Shown one piece after another: positions 43,701-52,594 of a stretch of DNA of 64,000 nucleotides; within the stretch, counting starts at the first letter, position 1; each line of letters opens with the position of its first letter. The translations under genes and the position numbers were made by a program. Source of the DNA: a virus. Lineage: Duplodnaviria > Caudoviricetes. The notes under the pieces were generated by a model. It did no database searches. It saw nothing but the letters and a program-made list of their open reading frames with translations, and was not told where the DNA came from. Location of the stretch: positions 4,706 through 68,705 of the IMG/VR virus record IMGVR_UViG_3300027819_000011; one strand, written 5' to 3'.

Positions 43701-45180
43701 GCCCAATGTCCTCCTGATAGCCCTACCCTACGTAGTGCGCCATATCGACTCGACACGGCCCAAGATAAGGAGCTTTCTCGCTACACCGTATGGCTTGCTT
43801 TCTATCGCTACGTATTGCCGTGATTTGGCAAATATCCAGATAATTGACTGCGACACCCTGCCGGATCACCGGAAGGCTATCCAGGAAGCTCTTGAGAATT
43901 TCCGGCCCGATATTGTCGGCTTTTCGATGAACTACGACAACTCCTATCCGCACCTTGAAGAACTGGCCGGGATGGTTAAAGACTATGATCCCAATATTTT
44001 GGTAGTCCTGGGCGGATCTGCGGCGAGCTATTCATATGAGGAAATTATTCATGAGCAGGAAGATGTGGATGCTATCTGCTTTGGCGAGGGGGAATTACCG
44101 TTTGCCGAGTTATTAAAGGGATATAGCACCGGGCACGCACGCTGGATTAATAATTTGCGAACGGTAGGCTCGGCATGGGTTCTTCGGGATACGATAAGTG
44201 GATCCCCTCCGCTTCCTTCTTATATCCAAGACCTCGACCAAGTTATTGACACAGACTATTCCTTTGTTGACCCGAAAGCATACGAGATGCAAGAGGCTTT
44301 TTCCCCGTATGCCCGGTCTAACCGGAAGAGCTTTTTTCTCATGACTTCGCGCGGGTGTCCCTTTGGCTGCCGATTCTGTTCCAACTCGGCACTCCATGGA
44401 AAGAAGGTCCGGCAGGCAAGCGTCGGGAGCATCGTTGCCCACGTCCGGCGCCTTGTTGAAGAATACGGCATGGAGACCCTTATTATCTACGATGACTGTT
44501 TGCTCTACCATAAGACGCGGGCAAAGGAGATATTTAGGCGGTTGGCACAATTCAGCATCCGAATCGAGATGCCAAACGGCGTGAATGTCGCCTTTGTGGA
44601 TGAAGAGATAGCCGAGCTTATGGCGAAGGCGGGGGTAGATACCGTCTACCTCGCTATCGAATCGGGGAGCGAATACGTGTTGAAAGAATTGATCCATAAG
44701 CCGCTCAAGCTTCGTATGGTTAAGCCAGCGGTGGAGGCACTACAGAAGCACGGCCTTTTCTGCCATGCCTTTATAGTCTTGGGCATGCCCGGCGAGACCG
44801 ATGAGCACCGCAGAGAGACAGAACGTTTCCTTTTGGATGTAGGCGTAAACTGGGCCGGGATAAATCTCGCCACTCCCGTGAGAGGAAGCCAACTCTATGC
44901 CGATTGCATCAAGAACGGTTGGATACAGAAACAGAAGATAAGCGACATTGTGGACAAGAAGTATGTCATCAATTATCCCGGCCAAGACCCAGGCGAAGTC
45001 GAGCGGCAAGCTTACGAGATGAACTTGAATATAAATTTCCACCATAACCAGGATATGAGAAACGGAAATTATGAACGGGCCGCTGCATGCTTTCGGCAAG
45101 TCATGCAGAGGTATGGCGGCCATGAACTTGCTAAGAAGTATTTGGCGATTTGCGAAGGGAAGACGAGGGATAATGGATAG
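43693..45180 (+). CDS. B12-binding radical SAM protein (class B methyltransferase-like)
   Basis: 'PYGLLSIA', 'PDIVGFS', 'VVLGGSAA', 'GEGE', 'TSRGCPFGCRFC', 'YDDCL', 'AIESGS', 'IVLGMPGET'. Confidence 0.92.
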   Translation: MDRPNVLLIALPYVVRHIDSTRPKIRSFLATPYGLLSIATYCRDLANIQIIDCDTLPDHRKAIQEALENFRPDIVGFSMNYDNSYPHLEELAGMVKDYDPNILVVLGGSAASYSYEEIIHEQEDVDAICFGEGELPFAELLKGYSTGHARWINNLRTVGSAWVLRDTISGSPPLPSYIQDLDQVIDTDYSFVDPKAYEMQEAFSPYARSNRKSFFLMTSRGCPFGCRFCSNSALHGKKVRQASVGSIVAHVRRLVEEYGMETLIIYDDCLLYHKTRAKEIFRRLAQFSIRIEMPNGVNVAFVDEEIAELMAKAGVDTVYLAIESGSEYVLKELIHKPLKLRMVKPAVEALQKHGLFCHAFIVLGMPGETDEHRRETERFLLDVGVNWAGINLATPVRGSQLYADCIKNGWIQKQKISDIVDKKYVINYPGQDPGEVERQAYEMNLNINFHHNQDMRNGNYERAAACFRQVMQRYGGHELAKKYLAICEGKTRDNG

Positions 45181-45529
45181 GTCAGGATTTCGGTCTTCTT
45201 TTAAAGACAAGAAAGGGAGGTTTATTCGGGAAGGCGATATTCTTATAAAGCGATTCGATACGGTAAAACACGACAACCCATATGGGAAGAAAGTCGCATA
45301 TGACGGCATGGGGAACGAGCGCATAGTCCCTGACCAAGGGAAAGAATGGAAAGAATCGGCATGGATCAAATACCAAATAAAATGGATAGGTGATTGTTTG
45401 ATAGCCGAGAAAATAGCTGATTCAGGGAATTTAGATTACCCGCCAAGCGCTTTTGAATATTTAAACAACGCCTTTCGTGGCAGAGAATACGAGATTTGCG
45501 AAGAGCATGAAATACAACATAAAGACTAA
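45173..45529 (+). CDS. YopX-like protein
   Basis: 'FKDKKGRFIREGDIL' motif; ATG 45173 overlaps the upstream stop. Confidence 0.55.
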   Translation: MDRSGFRSSFKDKKGRFIREGDILIKRFDTVKHDNPYGKKVAYDGMGNERIVPDQGKEWKESAWIKYQIKWIGDCLIAEKIADSGNLDYPPSAFEYLNNAFRGREYEICEEHEIQHKD

Positions 45530-45779
45530 TATTTTTCAAGATGGCAAACGAAGGGAGGATGAGGGGATGAAAATAATAACTGTGTTATACCCGATATGGA
45601 TTGGGATTGCCGTAAATATCGTAATGTCACTTATAAATCTTTCCTTAATCGGGCATTATGGGTCTATTGCATCGGCTTACATGAAGCACAGTGGGAAAAT
45701 CTTATTCCTTTTATGGACAATTTTGTTATCATTGACTGCCTATAATGGCGGCGTCAGTTATCTATTTTAAGGAGCAAAC

Positions 45780-46538
45780 ATGAATCCGACTGAAGAATAC
45801 ATAGCCGCCCGAGACAAACAAGTGCGGCAGAACATAGCTGAATTGAATAACCCGAACTATGGGTATGATGACCGGCAAACAAATGCTGGCAGAATTGCGG
45901 ATTTTACAGAGTATCTTGTTAAGACGAACTACACGAAGAATTTCACGTGGGCGGGCATACCAATAATCCAATATGCAACTGACCTTATGGTTATGCAGGA
46001 AATAATTTGGCAGGTGAGGCCCGAATGGATAATCGAATGCGGCTTGGCCTTCGGCGGCATGACAGCTTTTTACGCCACCATGCTTGATTTTATGGGCCAT
46101 GGATATGTCCTGGGGATTGATATAGACATAAGAGAGCATACCAGAAAAGCGTTGCTTCATCCCCGAATTGCCCTTAAACAATCTTCAAGCATTGACGAGG
46201 GATTAATAAAAACCGTGCGTGAATTAGTTCAGGGGACTACGGTTCTCGTCGCGCTCGATTCCTGTCATTCACACATCCACGTCCTGAAAGAGCTTGAACT
46301 TTACGCCCCGCTGGTATCGGTGGGGAGCTACATCGTTGTCTTTGACACCGCTATTGAGTTTTATCATCACTTGGATAAAGCACAAGACCGGCCATGGGGC
46401 AACGGTAACAGCCCCTATACGGCAGTTCAAGCCTTCCTCAAAACCGAGATGGGGCAGAACTTTGTTGTCGATAGGGAAGTTGAGATGAGGGCGCTTATTA
46501 CGGCGGCGCCAGGAGGTTTCCTTCAGAGGATTAAATGA
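45780..46538 (+). CDS. CmcI / cephalosporin-hydroxylase-family sugar O-methyltransferase
   Basis: 'FTWAGIPIIQYATDL...QEIIWQVRPEWIIECGLAFGG', 'VLGIDID', 'LDSCHSHIHVLKELELYAPLVSVGSYIVVFDT', 'PGGFLQRIK'. Confidence 0.92.
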   Translation: MNPTEEYIAARDKQVRQNIAELNNPNYGYDDRQTNAGRIADFTEYLVKTNYTKNFTWAGIPIIQYATDLMVMQEIIWQVRPEWIIECGLAFGGMTAFYATMLDFMGHGYVLGIDIDIREHTRKALLHPRIALKQSSSIDEGLIKTVRELVQGTTVLVALDSCHSHIHVLKELELYAPLVSVGSYIVVFDTAIEFYHHLDKAQDRPWGNGNSPYTAVQAFLKTEMGQNFVVDREVEMRALITAAPGGFLQRIK

Positions 46539-46673
46539 TGTTCAGAAAAATAGATGCTTTCATGAAGCAACATGGATTTCTCGAAGGATGGCATGAGCCT
46601 TTGATTCAGGTGTTAATTGCTTTTTTAGTAGCGTTATCTGTTATCATTTCAAGGTAAGGAAGGAGGATAAAAT

Positions 46674-47450
46674 ATGCAGGTTTGCATATTGGCTGGCGGC
46701 ACAGGCACGAGGCTGAAAGAGCAAACTGAATTCATTCCGAAGCCCATGATTCCCATAGGCCAATATCCTATGGCCGTACACATCATGAAAATTTACGCCC
46801 ATTATGGCTTTAAGAATTTCATCATGGCCCTCGGATATAAGCAGGAATTCATCAAGGGTTACTTCGCCCATTTTGACTATATTAATAGTGACATCACAAT
46901 CCTCCCTTATTCTGTTTTTGGGAATAAAATAGTTTGCTCTACGGCGGAAAACGATTGGTCAATTACTCTATCCGATACCGGCCCCAATACCCTCAAAGGC
47001 GGCAGGCTAAAACGTATCGAGAAGTACGTAAAGGGCGATACTTTTATGATGACTTATGGCGACGCCGTCGCTGATATAGACCTGAACGCACTGCTTGCCT
47101 TCCATCAGGCTCATGGCAGGATAGCGACCGTTACCGGCATACATCCTACCTCCAAGTTCGGCGAGTTAAAGCATGACGACAGGGGGCAGGTAACGAGCTA
47201 CACCGAGAAGGCCCAAGATGATGGATGCTTGACGAATGGGGGGTTCTTTGTGTTTAACCGGAAGATATTCGACTATCTTGATGAGGACTGTGATCTTGAA
47301 ATAGGACCATTAGAAAGACTGGTTGAACAGGGGGAACTTTTTGTGTATCAGCATAAGGGGTGGTGGGGATGTATGGATACGCCCCGTGAGCTTGGGGTGC
47401 TTCAGGAATTATGGGATACGGATGCTGCACCGTGGAGAGTATGGGAATGA
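46674..47450 (+). CDS. rfbF: Glucose-1-phosphate cytidylyltransferase
   Basis: 'ILAGGTGTRLKEQTEFIPKPMIPIG', 'DTGPNTLKGGRLKRI', 'TYGDAVADID', 'GWWGCMDTPRE...LW...APWRVW'. Confidence 0.95.
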   Translation: MQVCILAGGTGTRLKEQTEFIPKPMIPIGQYPMAVHIMKIYAHYGFKNFIMALGYKQEFIKGYFAHFDYINSDITILPYSVFGNKIVCSTAENDWSITLSDTGPNTLKGGRLKRIEKYVKGDTFMMTYGDAVADIDLNALLAFHQAHGRIATVTGIHPTSKFGELKHDDRGQVTSYTEKAQDDGCLTNGGFFVFNRKIFDYLDEDCDLEIGPLERLVEQGELFVYQHKGWWGCMDTPRELGVLQELWDTDAAPWRVWE

Positions 47451-47680
47451 AATACAGCGTTGAGGAAATTGATGAGATGCGGGAGTCCGTAGCTTCAATG
47501 TTGCAGAGAAAAAGAATTCCTTATTCCAATATCGAAGAAAGATTACGAACCTACATGCTTAACGGAACCACGCCCGACGAATTATTGGTTGCTGCTTCTC
47601 CTAAAGAAACACAGGAATACTTAAAAAGTCATCCAGAAGAAATAGCAAATTTTATTCAAATGCAGAGAAAGGTGTGGTAG
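47447..47680 (+). CDS. Hypothetical protein
   Basis: ATGA overlap with the rfbF stop. Confidence 0.5.
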   Translation: MKYSVEEIDEMRESVASMLQRKRIPYSNIEERLRTYMLNGTTPDELLVAASPKETQEYLKSHPEEIANFIQMQRKVW

Positions 47681-47682
47681 GA

Positions 47683-48015
47683 ATGAAAACCTTTGTTGCT
47701 GATCATGGTTGGATGTGCCGGATAGAAAGAGCGAAAGCGGGAATGAAGAAACGATACCTAATTTTTTGCTGTACCCCTTACTGTCTTCACCGAGAAATGA
47801 GAGCTTTCTTGAACAACCATGAAAAAGTTACAATACGCCATGCAGGTCGGATAATAATTGATGGAAATTCGGAACATTGGTTTATTCAAGACGGGAACAA
47901 AAATAAAGAAAAGTTCTATGGAATGCTGCTAACCGATTATAGAACGTGCGGAAACTATACGCTTGACGATACGCTTGCTTCTATCTTGGAAAGCCATAAA
48001 GGAAGGATGGAATGA
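47683..48015 (+). CDS. Hypothetical protein
   Basis: Fills the gap before rfbG; its stop overlaps the rfbG start. Confidence 0.5.
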   Translation: MKTFVADHGWMCRIERAKAGMKKRYLIFCCTPYCLHREMRAFLNNHEKVTIRHAGRIIIDGNSEHWFIQDGNKNKEKFYGMLLTDYRTCGNYTLDDTLASILESHKGRME

Positions 48016-49049
48016 TGTTCAATGACATCTACAGAGGTAAGCGCGTTTTACTCACTGGCCACACAGGATATAAAGCAAGCTGGTTGGCTCTTTGGTTACA
48101 TCGCATGGGAGCTACTGTGTTAGGGATAAGTCACCCCCCAAGGCCATTCCCGACGCATTATGAGATCATCAATTTAACCGATATTATGGAAGCTGACATT
48201 CATAACGACATAGCTTGTGTGCAGGAAATTAAAAGCCTAAAGCCAGACATAATCTTCCATTTAGCTGCACGGGCAATAGTGGCACGAACCTTCAAGGAGC
48301 CTGAAGATACGTTTAGGTATACGATTATGGGGGCAGTTCACATGCTCGAACTTTGCCGTCAATGCCCAAGTATCCAGGGCATAGTAATGGCCACGAGTGA
48401 CAAAGTATATCAGAATAACGAATGGGATTACGCCTACAGGGAAATAGACACGTTGGGCGGTGATGATCCATACTCTACCTCGAAGGTGTGCGTAGAGCAT
48501 ATCGTTGACTGTTACCGGAAAAGTTTTGATATGAATATTGCCGTGGGCAGGTGCGGAAACGTAGTAGGGGGAGGTGACTTTTCTGAGAAGCGATTGATCC
48601 CTGATATTGCGAAGGCTACAGCGAAAGGAGAACCAGTTATTATTCACACGCCCAATGCGACACGCCCATTCCAACATACGCTGGACGCACTCCAGGGATA
48701 CTTGCTTTTAGGGAAGGCCATCCTTGAGGGACAAGATGTAAATAAATGTTGGAACTTCGGTCCCACGGATGAAATGACCGTCCTGCAAGTCCTGGAAACA
48801 GCCAAAGAAGTATGGCCTAAAATAACATGGGAGGTGGATAATGTGCCTACCCATAAGTTTATGGTCTACCTTCTCAAAATCGACTCAACGGAATCCCGCA
48901 AGCTATTGGGGTGGCAGTCCGTGTGGAACATGGCCCACGCCGTCCGGATGGCTGTCCTTTGGTACAAGGTATGGTACGAGACCGGCCACGTTTTGAGCAA
49001 CGAGGACATCCGGGATTACGAATCTTCATGGGAGGAAGCGATATGTTAG
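48012..49049 (+). CDS. rfbG: CDP-glucose 4,6-dehydratase
   Basis: 'VLLTGHTGYKASWL', 'PDIIFHLAA', 'TSDKVYQN', 'LGGDDPYSTSK', 'RCGNVVGGGD', 'RPFQHTLD', 'WNFGP'. Confidence 0.95.
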   Translation: MMFNDIYRGKRVLLTGHTGYKASWLALWLHRMGATVLGISHPPRPFPTHYEIINLTDIMEADIHNDIACVQEIKSLKPDIIFHLAARAIVARTFKEPEDTFRYTIMGAVHMLELCRQCPSIQGIVMATSDKVYQNNEWDYAYREIDTLGGDDPYSTSKVCVEHIVDCYRKSFDMNIAVGRCGNVVGGGDFSEKRLIPDIAKATAKGEPVIIHTPNATRPFQHTLDALQGYLLLGKAILEGQDVNKCWNFGPTDEMTVLQVLETAKEVWPKITWEVDNVPTHKFMVYLLKIDSTESRKLLGWQSVWNMAHAVRMAVLWYKVWYETGHVLSNEDIRDYESSWEEAIC

Positions 49050-49267
49050 ATAGAGCTAAGATTGTGGAAATAGAGGCGGCGCATGGCGAAGAGTTCCCGT
49101 ATTTTGGAGAAGATCAGCAAGGCATAGTATACTTTGCCAGAAAAATAGAGGCGGAAGTGATCCAAAGAATCGCGGGCGTCCTCAATAGCGGAGAAGACCC
49201 CGCTGCGATAGTCAGATCTCTTAAAGAACTTCTTGCTACTGAAGGCGATATGACGGGGGATTACTAA
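49043..49267 (+). CDS. Hypothetical protein
   Basis: ATG 49043 after GGAGG, overlapping the rfbG stop. Confidence 0.45.
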   Translation: MLDRAKIVEIEAAHGEEFPYFGEDQQGIVYFARKIEAEVIQRIAGVLNSGEDPAAIVRSLKELLATEGDMTGDY

Positions 49268-50508
49268 TGCCTAACTGCAATTTCTGTAAGACCGAGCTCA
49301 CCCATGTCTTCTGTGACCTCGGGTTCAATCCACCGTCTAATTCCTTTCTCTCCAAGAATCAATTAGAGGAACCCGAGGTCTATTATCCGCTAAAAGCCTA
49401 CGTCTGCGAGAAGTGTTGGTTAGTCCAGGTGCCGGAATCCAAGAAGGCCAGCGAGATATTCAAGGAGGAGTACGTTTATTATTCTTCTGAGTCTCCGGCG
49501 AATGTGGCCCATGCGAAAGAATTAGCCGATGCGCTTTGCGGAAGATTCAACCCGTATGCCGTCCTTGAGATTGGAAGTAACGATGGATATATGCTTCAAT
49601 GGTTTCAGAGAAGGGGATGCTTCGTGCAGGGGGTAGAACCAGCCCTGGGACCGGCAACTGCTGCGGAACTTAACCAAATAGCGACACACTCAGTTTTTTT
49701 CAATAGCAAATATGCAGAAACTTCCCGCCAATATGACCTTATCGTGTCCATCAACACCCTCGCCCATCAGCCTGATATTAACGATTTTGTAGAGGGCATC
49801 AAAATAGCCCTTAAGCCGGGAGGGGTGACAGTACATGAGTTCCCCTGGCTGCTAAAGACCATTGAAGGCTTGCAATTTGACCAGATTTACCAGGAGCATT
49901 ACAATTACTTTTCACTGAAAACGATCTGCAAGATATTTGAAGCGCATGGCTTGGCTGTTTTTGATGTTGACGAAATTCCTGAACACGGGGGAAGCCTTCG
50001 GATATATGCACAGCATATTGGCGGACCACACATGGAGCCTCTATACGTACATGATTGGTTAGGTAGTTTTTGTTATGTATTAGAGGAAGCAGAAAAACTT
50101 TCTGGCATGAATGCTCTTCCCTACTACCAGTCCTTCCAACCCAAGATCGAGAAAATCCGCGCCGACTTCATGAACTTTCTGTACGATCCGCCGCCGCCTT
50201 ATTGTTTTTTGCCTGCCAAAATCTGTGCCTATGGTGCAGCGGCCAAGGCTTCGACGTTTCTTAACTTCTGCAAAGTCACCCCCGACCTAATCCACTTTGT
50301 AGTTGATAGAAGTCCCCACAAGATAGGCAAATATCTTCCTGGCAGCCATATCAAAGCAGTACCTGAAGACGAAATCAGGAAATGGAAACCAGACTATATC
50401 GTGATCTTGGCATGGAATCTTAGGGAGGAAATCATCAAGCAGCTCGAATACACGAAGGAATGGGGGTGTCGCTTTGTAACTGCCATTCCAGAATTGGAGG
50501 TAATATGA
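49267..50508 (+). CDS. NDP-hexose C-methyltransferase (Zn-binding, Methyltransf_13/14 architecture)
   Basis: 'CNFCK...DLGFNPPSNSF...YPLKAYVCEKCWLVQ', 'EIGSNDGYML', 'NTLAHQPD', 'FDQIYQEHYNYFS', 'HGGSLR', 'AYGAAAKAST', 'LAWN'. Confidence 0.93.
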   Translation: MPNCNFCKTELTHVFCDLGFNPPSNSFLSKNQLEEPEVYYPLKAYVCEKCWLVQVPESKKASEIFKEEYVYYSSESPANVAHAKELADALCGRFNPYAVLEIGSNDGYMLQWFQRRGCFVQGVEPALGPATAAELNQIATHSVFFNSKYAETSRQYDLIVSINTLAHQPDINDFVEGIKIALKPGGVTVHEFPWLLKTIEGLQFDQIYQEHYNYFSLKTICKIFEAHGLAVFDVDEIPEHGGSLRIYAQHIGGPHMEPLYVHDWLGSFCYVLEEAEKLSGMNALPYYQSFQPKIEKIRADFMNFLYDPPPPYCFLPAKICAYGAAAKASTFLNFCKVTPDLIHFVVDRSPHKIGKYLPGSHIKAVPEDEIRKWKPDYIVILAWNLREEIIKQLEYTKEWGCRFVTAIPELEVI

Positions 50509-50906
50509 GCGAAGACAAAACCAAGACCGACCGTTACCAAATCAGTACCGATGAACTCGAATCCCGCATGCAGAAGAAGGCGAAGGAACACGACACCCCA
50601 TGCCAACAGGCCGTTGCCATTCTCGAAGCCGCCCTTGAGATGGTGATGAAGAAATTAGGGGTAGATGTCGAGGGCGATATACCGGCGCAACAGGAGGCGT
50701 TAGGTATTGTAATCACGGAGGAAACCAGAAACGAAATGGCCGGACTGCAAGGTTTCTTTATCTTCGTTCAGAAGGACGGCGATCTTGTGCCTCATTCATG
50801 GGTAGGTGCGGCACGGCTGAACCATCTTGGCGAGTGTCTGTGCGACGTGCAGTTCTTCCTGGAAGAAAGGCTTGAAGAAGTAGGGGGCATAAAGCTAATT
50901 CAATGA
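50505..50906 (+). CDS. Hypothetical protein
   Basis: ATG 50505 after GGAGGT, coupled to both neighbours. Confidence 0.6.
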   Translation: MSEDKTKTDRYQISTDELESRMQKKAKEHDTPCQQAVAILEAALEMVMKKLGVDVEGDIPAQQEALGIVITEETRNEMAGLQGFFIFVQKDGDLVPHSWVGAARLNHLGECLCDVQFFLEERLEEVGGIKLIQ

Positions 50907-52132
50907 AATTCCTCCTCGTAGTCAAATCGAAAGCCATAGAATGCTTGGGTCCCATGTATATCAGCGCCGTTGCAAAGCGGGCTGGGCATGAGTGCCATAT
51001 CGTTGATTTGCCGAGCGCCTATGACTTCGCCTTGAAGTGGCGCCCGAATCTTGTTGGATACAGTGTTTTAACGGGCGATCAAGCCAAGTTTAAGGATTTA
51101 AATGCTCGGATTAGAGAGCAAATACCCATAGCTTCTTTATTCGGCGGCAGCCATGCTACCTTCTTCCCCGACGACTTCCCAGAAGATGCCGTGGCTTTGG
51201 GAGAGAGCGAACAGGACATTGCCGATCTTCTTAAATCTTCAGAGAGGTATTCCGACCTTGATTCGTTGCCTTGGCCTGACCGGTCAGATTTTCCAAACAT
51301 GTCTATCAGAGATTTCATCGCTTCTCGCGGATGTGCGTCATCCTGTAGCTATTGCTTCAACGCAACCTGGAACCGAATGTTCCCCGATATAGCGAAAGTT
51401 CGCACCCGCTCAGCCAAAGACGTTGTTGCCGAAGTCGAATCAGTCAAGCCCCAATTCGCATACTTTCAAGATTCGTGTTTCGGCACTAACATGAAATGGA
51501 TGCGTGAATTCTCCGACCTGTACGCTAAGCAAGTCAATGCCCCTTACCATTGCCATCTCAGGCCCTCTCAGGTCAACGAAGAGCGCGTCCTATTGCTCCG
51601 TGACTCTAACTGTGTAAGTGTCAAGTGTGCCTTAGAAACGGGCTCTGACAGGCTCAGGAAGCTTATTAACCGGGGGCATACGAACAATGAGGATGCCATA
51701 ACAGCCTCTATGTGGCTACGAAAATGGGATATAAAACTGATACTCCAGAATATCCTTGGGCTCCCGAGCGCAACTATTGAGGACGACCTATGCACCCTCG
51801 AAGTCAATATCCGCTGCCGTCCCGCCTATGCATGGTGTTCCATCTTCCAGCCGTACCCTTCAACGCCGCTTGCTGATTACTGCGAAAAACAAGGTATTTA
51901 TACGGGAGGCTACTCTGAAATAGGTGACAACTTTTTTGATAAGAGCGTACTGAATATCTCGGATGAGCATAAGGAGCAAATTGCTGTGCTTCAGAGGATA
52001 TTTGCGTTCGCGGTTGAAATGCAGGTTATGCCGAAGATTAAGGACTTGACATGGGAGGCTATGCCGAAGTTCATCCACAATGTGATGAGGAAAGTCGGCG
52101 ATAAAAGGATGTTCCCAGGAGGGATATTATGA
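50903..52132 (+). CDS. B12-binding radical SAM protein
   Basis: 'LGPMYISA', 'VGYSVLT', 'GGSHATFFP', 'ASRGCASSCSYC', 'FQDSCF', 'ALETGS', 'NILGLP'. Confidence 0.9.
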   Translation: MKFLLVVKSKAIECLGPMYISAVAKRAGHECHIVDLPSAYDFALKWRPNLVGYSVLTGDQAKFKDLNARIREQIPIASLFGGSHATFFPDDFPEDAVALGESEQDIADLLKSSERYSDLDSLPWPDRSDFPNMSIRDFIASRGCASSCSYCFNATWNRMFPDIAKVRTRSAKDVVAEVESVKPQFAYFQDSCFGTNMKWMREFSDLYAKQVNAPYHCHLRPSQVNEERVLLLRDSNCVSVKCALETGSDRLRKLINRGHTNNEDAITASMWLRKWDIKLILQNILGLPSATIEDDLCTLEVNIRCRPAYAWCSIFQPYPSTPLADYCEKQGIYTGGYSEIGDNFFDKSVLNISDEHKEQIAVLQRIFAFAVEMQVMPKIKDLTWEAMPKFIHNVMRKVGDKRMFPGGIL

Positions 52133-52545
52133 CAGTTTTATGTAAAATATTAGGGCATAATTTTAAATATGACACGGTTTCTGGTATTAATCCACGCATC
52201 ATGAAAAGAATTCACCGTTCAGTCAAGATTTGTTCACGAGGAGATTTTCGGGAAATAACAGATACCGTTATCGGCGATTACGATATTAAAGAAGGCCGCG
52301 TATATCGTGGAAGCGGTGGCCCATGTTCTGATTGCATCCATAGATCTGATTGCACTGCATATAGAATGAAACCTCCGAACGCCTCATATGCTTATTGCCC
52401 TGTTAAAAATTTTTCCCCATTGCCCGAAGTAAAAAAATTTTGGGATTCTGTCTATCAAGACGGACAAACAACAAGCGACTATGAAAGTGAATTTGAAATG
52501 GCTGTGAAAGTAAAAAATTCTGCCGATATATTATTTGCAGAGTAA
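52129..52545 (+). CDS. Cys-rich hypothetical protein
   Basis: 'LCKILGHNF...CSRG...PCSDCIHRSDC...YCP'; last gene of the plus-strand cluster. Confidence 0.5.
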   Translation: MTVLCKILGHNFKYDTVSGINPRIMKRIHRSVKICSRGDFREITDTVIGDYDIKEGRVYRGSGGPCSDCIHRSDCTAYRMKPPNASYAYCPVKNFSPLPEVKKFWDSVYQDGQTTSDYESEFEMAVKVKNSADILFAE

Positions 52546-52594
52546 GTAGAAGCTATGCGTAAAAAAGGTGATTCCCGGATGTTCCCCGGTATAG

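Noticed and set aside
39791-52132. DNA hypermodification as the main role of the sugar cluster
   Set aside because: No hydroxymethylase, thymidylate-synthase homolog, nucleotide kinase, TET/JBP or phage polymerase was recognised to supply an acceptor base. Downgraded, not excluded, since the window is incomplete.
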